A DNA stretch of 63,594 nt, filler included, from Octopus bimaculoides (lineage: Eukaryota): the NCBI RefSeq assembly GCF_001194135.2. It is 7 parts of 7 records of this genome, joined end to end, with 100 filler letters (N's around TTAATTAATTAA, not from the genome) between each part and the next. Parts side by side here need not be neighbours in the genome. Positions count along the whole stretch, not along the records: positions 61,210 to 63,594 come from NC_069009.1; 6 more parts are not named here. The stretch is one strand, 5' to 3'. The notes below the pieces were generated by a model. It had not been told where the DNA came from and searched no databases. It saw only the letters and a program-made list of their open reading frames with translations. A program made the translations under genes and the position numbers. Each line of letters starts with the position of its first letter. Within the stretch, counting starts at the first letter, position 1. This document shows, piece by piece, positions 63,336 through 63,594 of this stretch.

Positions 63336-63594
63336 ACTCTTTTACTCTTTTACTTGTTTCAGTCTTTTGACTGCGGCCATGCTGGAGCACCGCCTTTAGT
63401 CGAAGAAATCGACCCCAGGACTTATTCTTTGGAAGCCTAGTACTTATTCTATCGGTCTCTTTTGCCGAACCACTAAGTTACGGGGACATAAACACACCAG
63501 CATCGGTTGTCAAGCGATGTTGTGGGGACAAACACAGACATACAAATACACACACACATACACATATATATACACATATACGACGGGCTTCTTT
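63336..63594 (-). mobile_element. Young SINE S2 3' half (continues beyond the window)
   Basis: TTTTACTTGTTTCAGTC...TGCGGCCATGCTGGAGCACCGCC...CGACGGGCTTCTTT; CpGs intact. Confidence 0.9.

Overview
Eukaryotic (animal) non-coding-dominated genomic DNA from a gapped draft assembly. The repeat families and extreme microsatellite load look like a cephalopod (Octopus-like) genome; that is my inference, not a database result. There are no prokaryotic genes, CRISPR arrays or rRNA/tRNA genes. Nearly all ORFs in the supplied track are artefacts of microsatellites or N-gaps. Contents: (i) short minus-strand exons with canonical splice sites. One chain at 60587-52037 has three phase-compatible exons encoding about 95 aa of an unidentified protein. 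A second, less certain chain lies at 27-10 kb. (ii) A full-length 1286-bp mariner element with an open transposase whose third catalytic Asp is Ser, plus a decayed mariner. (iii) hAT- and piggyBac-type MITEs. (iv) Relics of RTE, CR1-like and RLE (R4/Dong-like) LINEs. (v) Four recurrent SINE-like families that I label S1-S4. S1 has a tRNA-like head and is about 385 bp. S2 has a tRNA-like head and an internal (AT/GT) microsatellite. S3 begins AAGGCGGCGAGCTGGCAG and is often dimeric. S4 matches RTE 3' ends. Six 100-bp gaps carry a synthetic TTAATTAATTAA spacer, so continuity across them is uncertain. I found no convincing wholly new system. The best leads are the catalytically substituted but open mariner, an inverted SINE pair bracketing two micro-exons, a fold-back SINE palindrome and a serial-insertion SINE hotspot. 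TE boundaries without TSDs are approximate.
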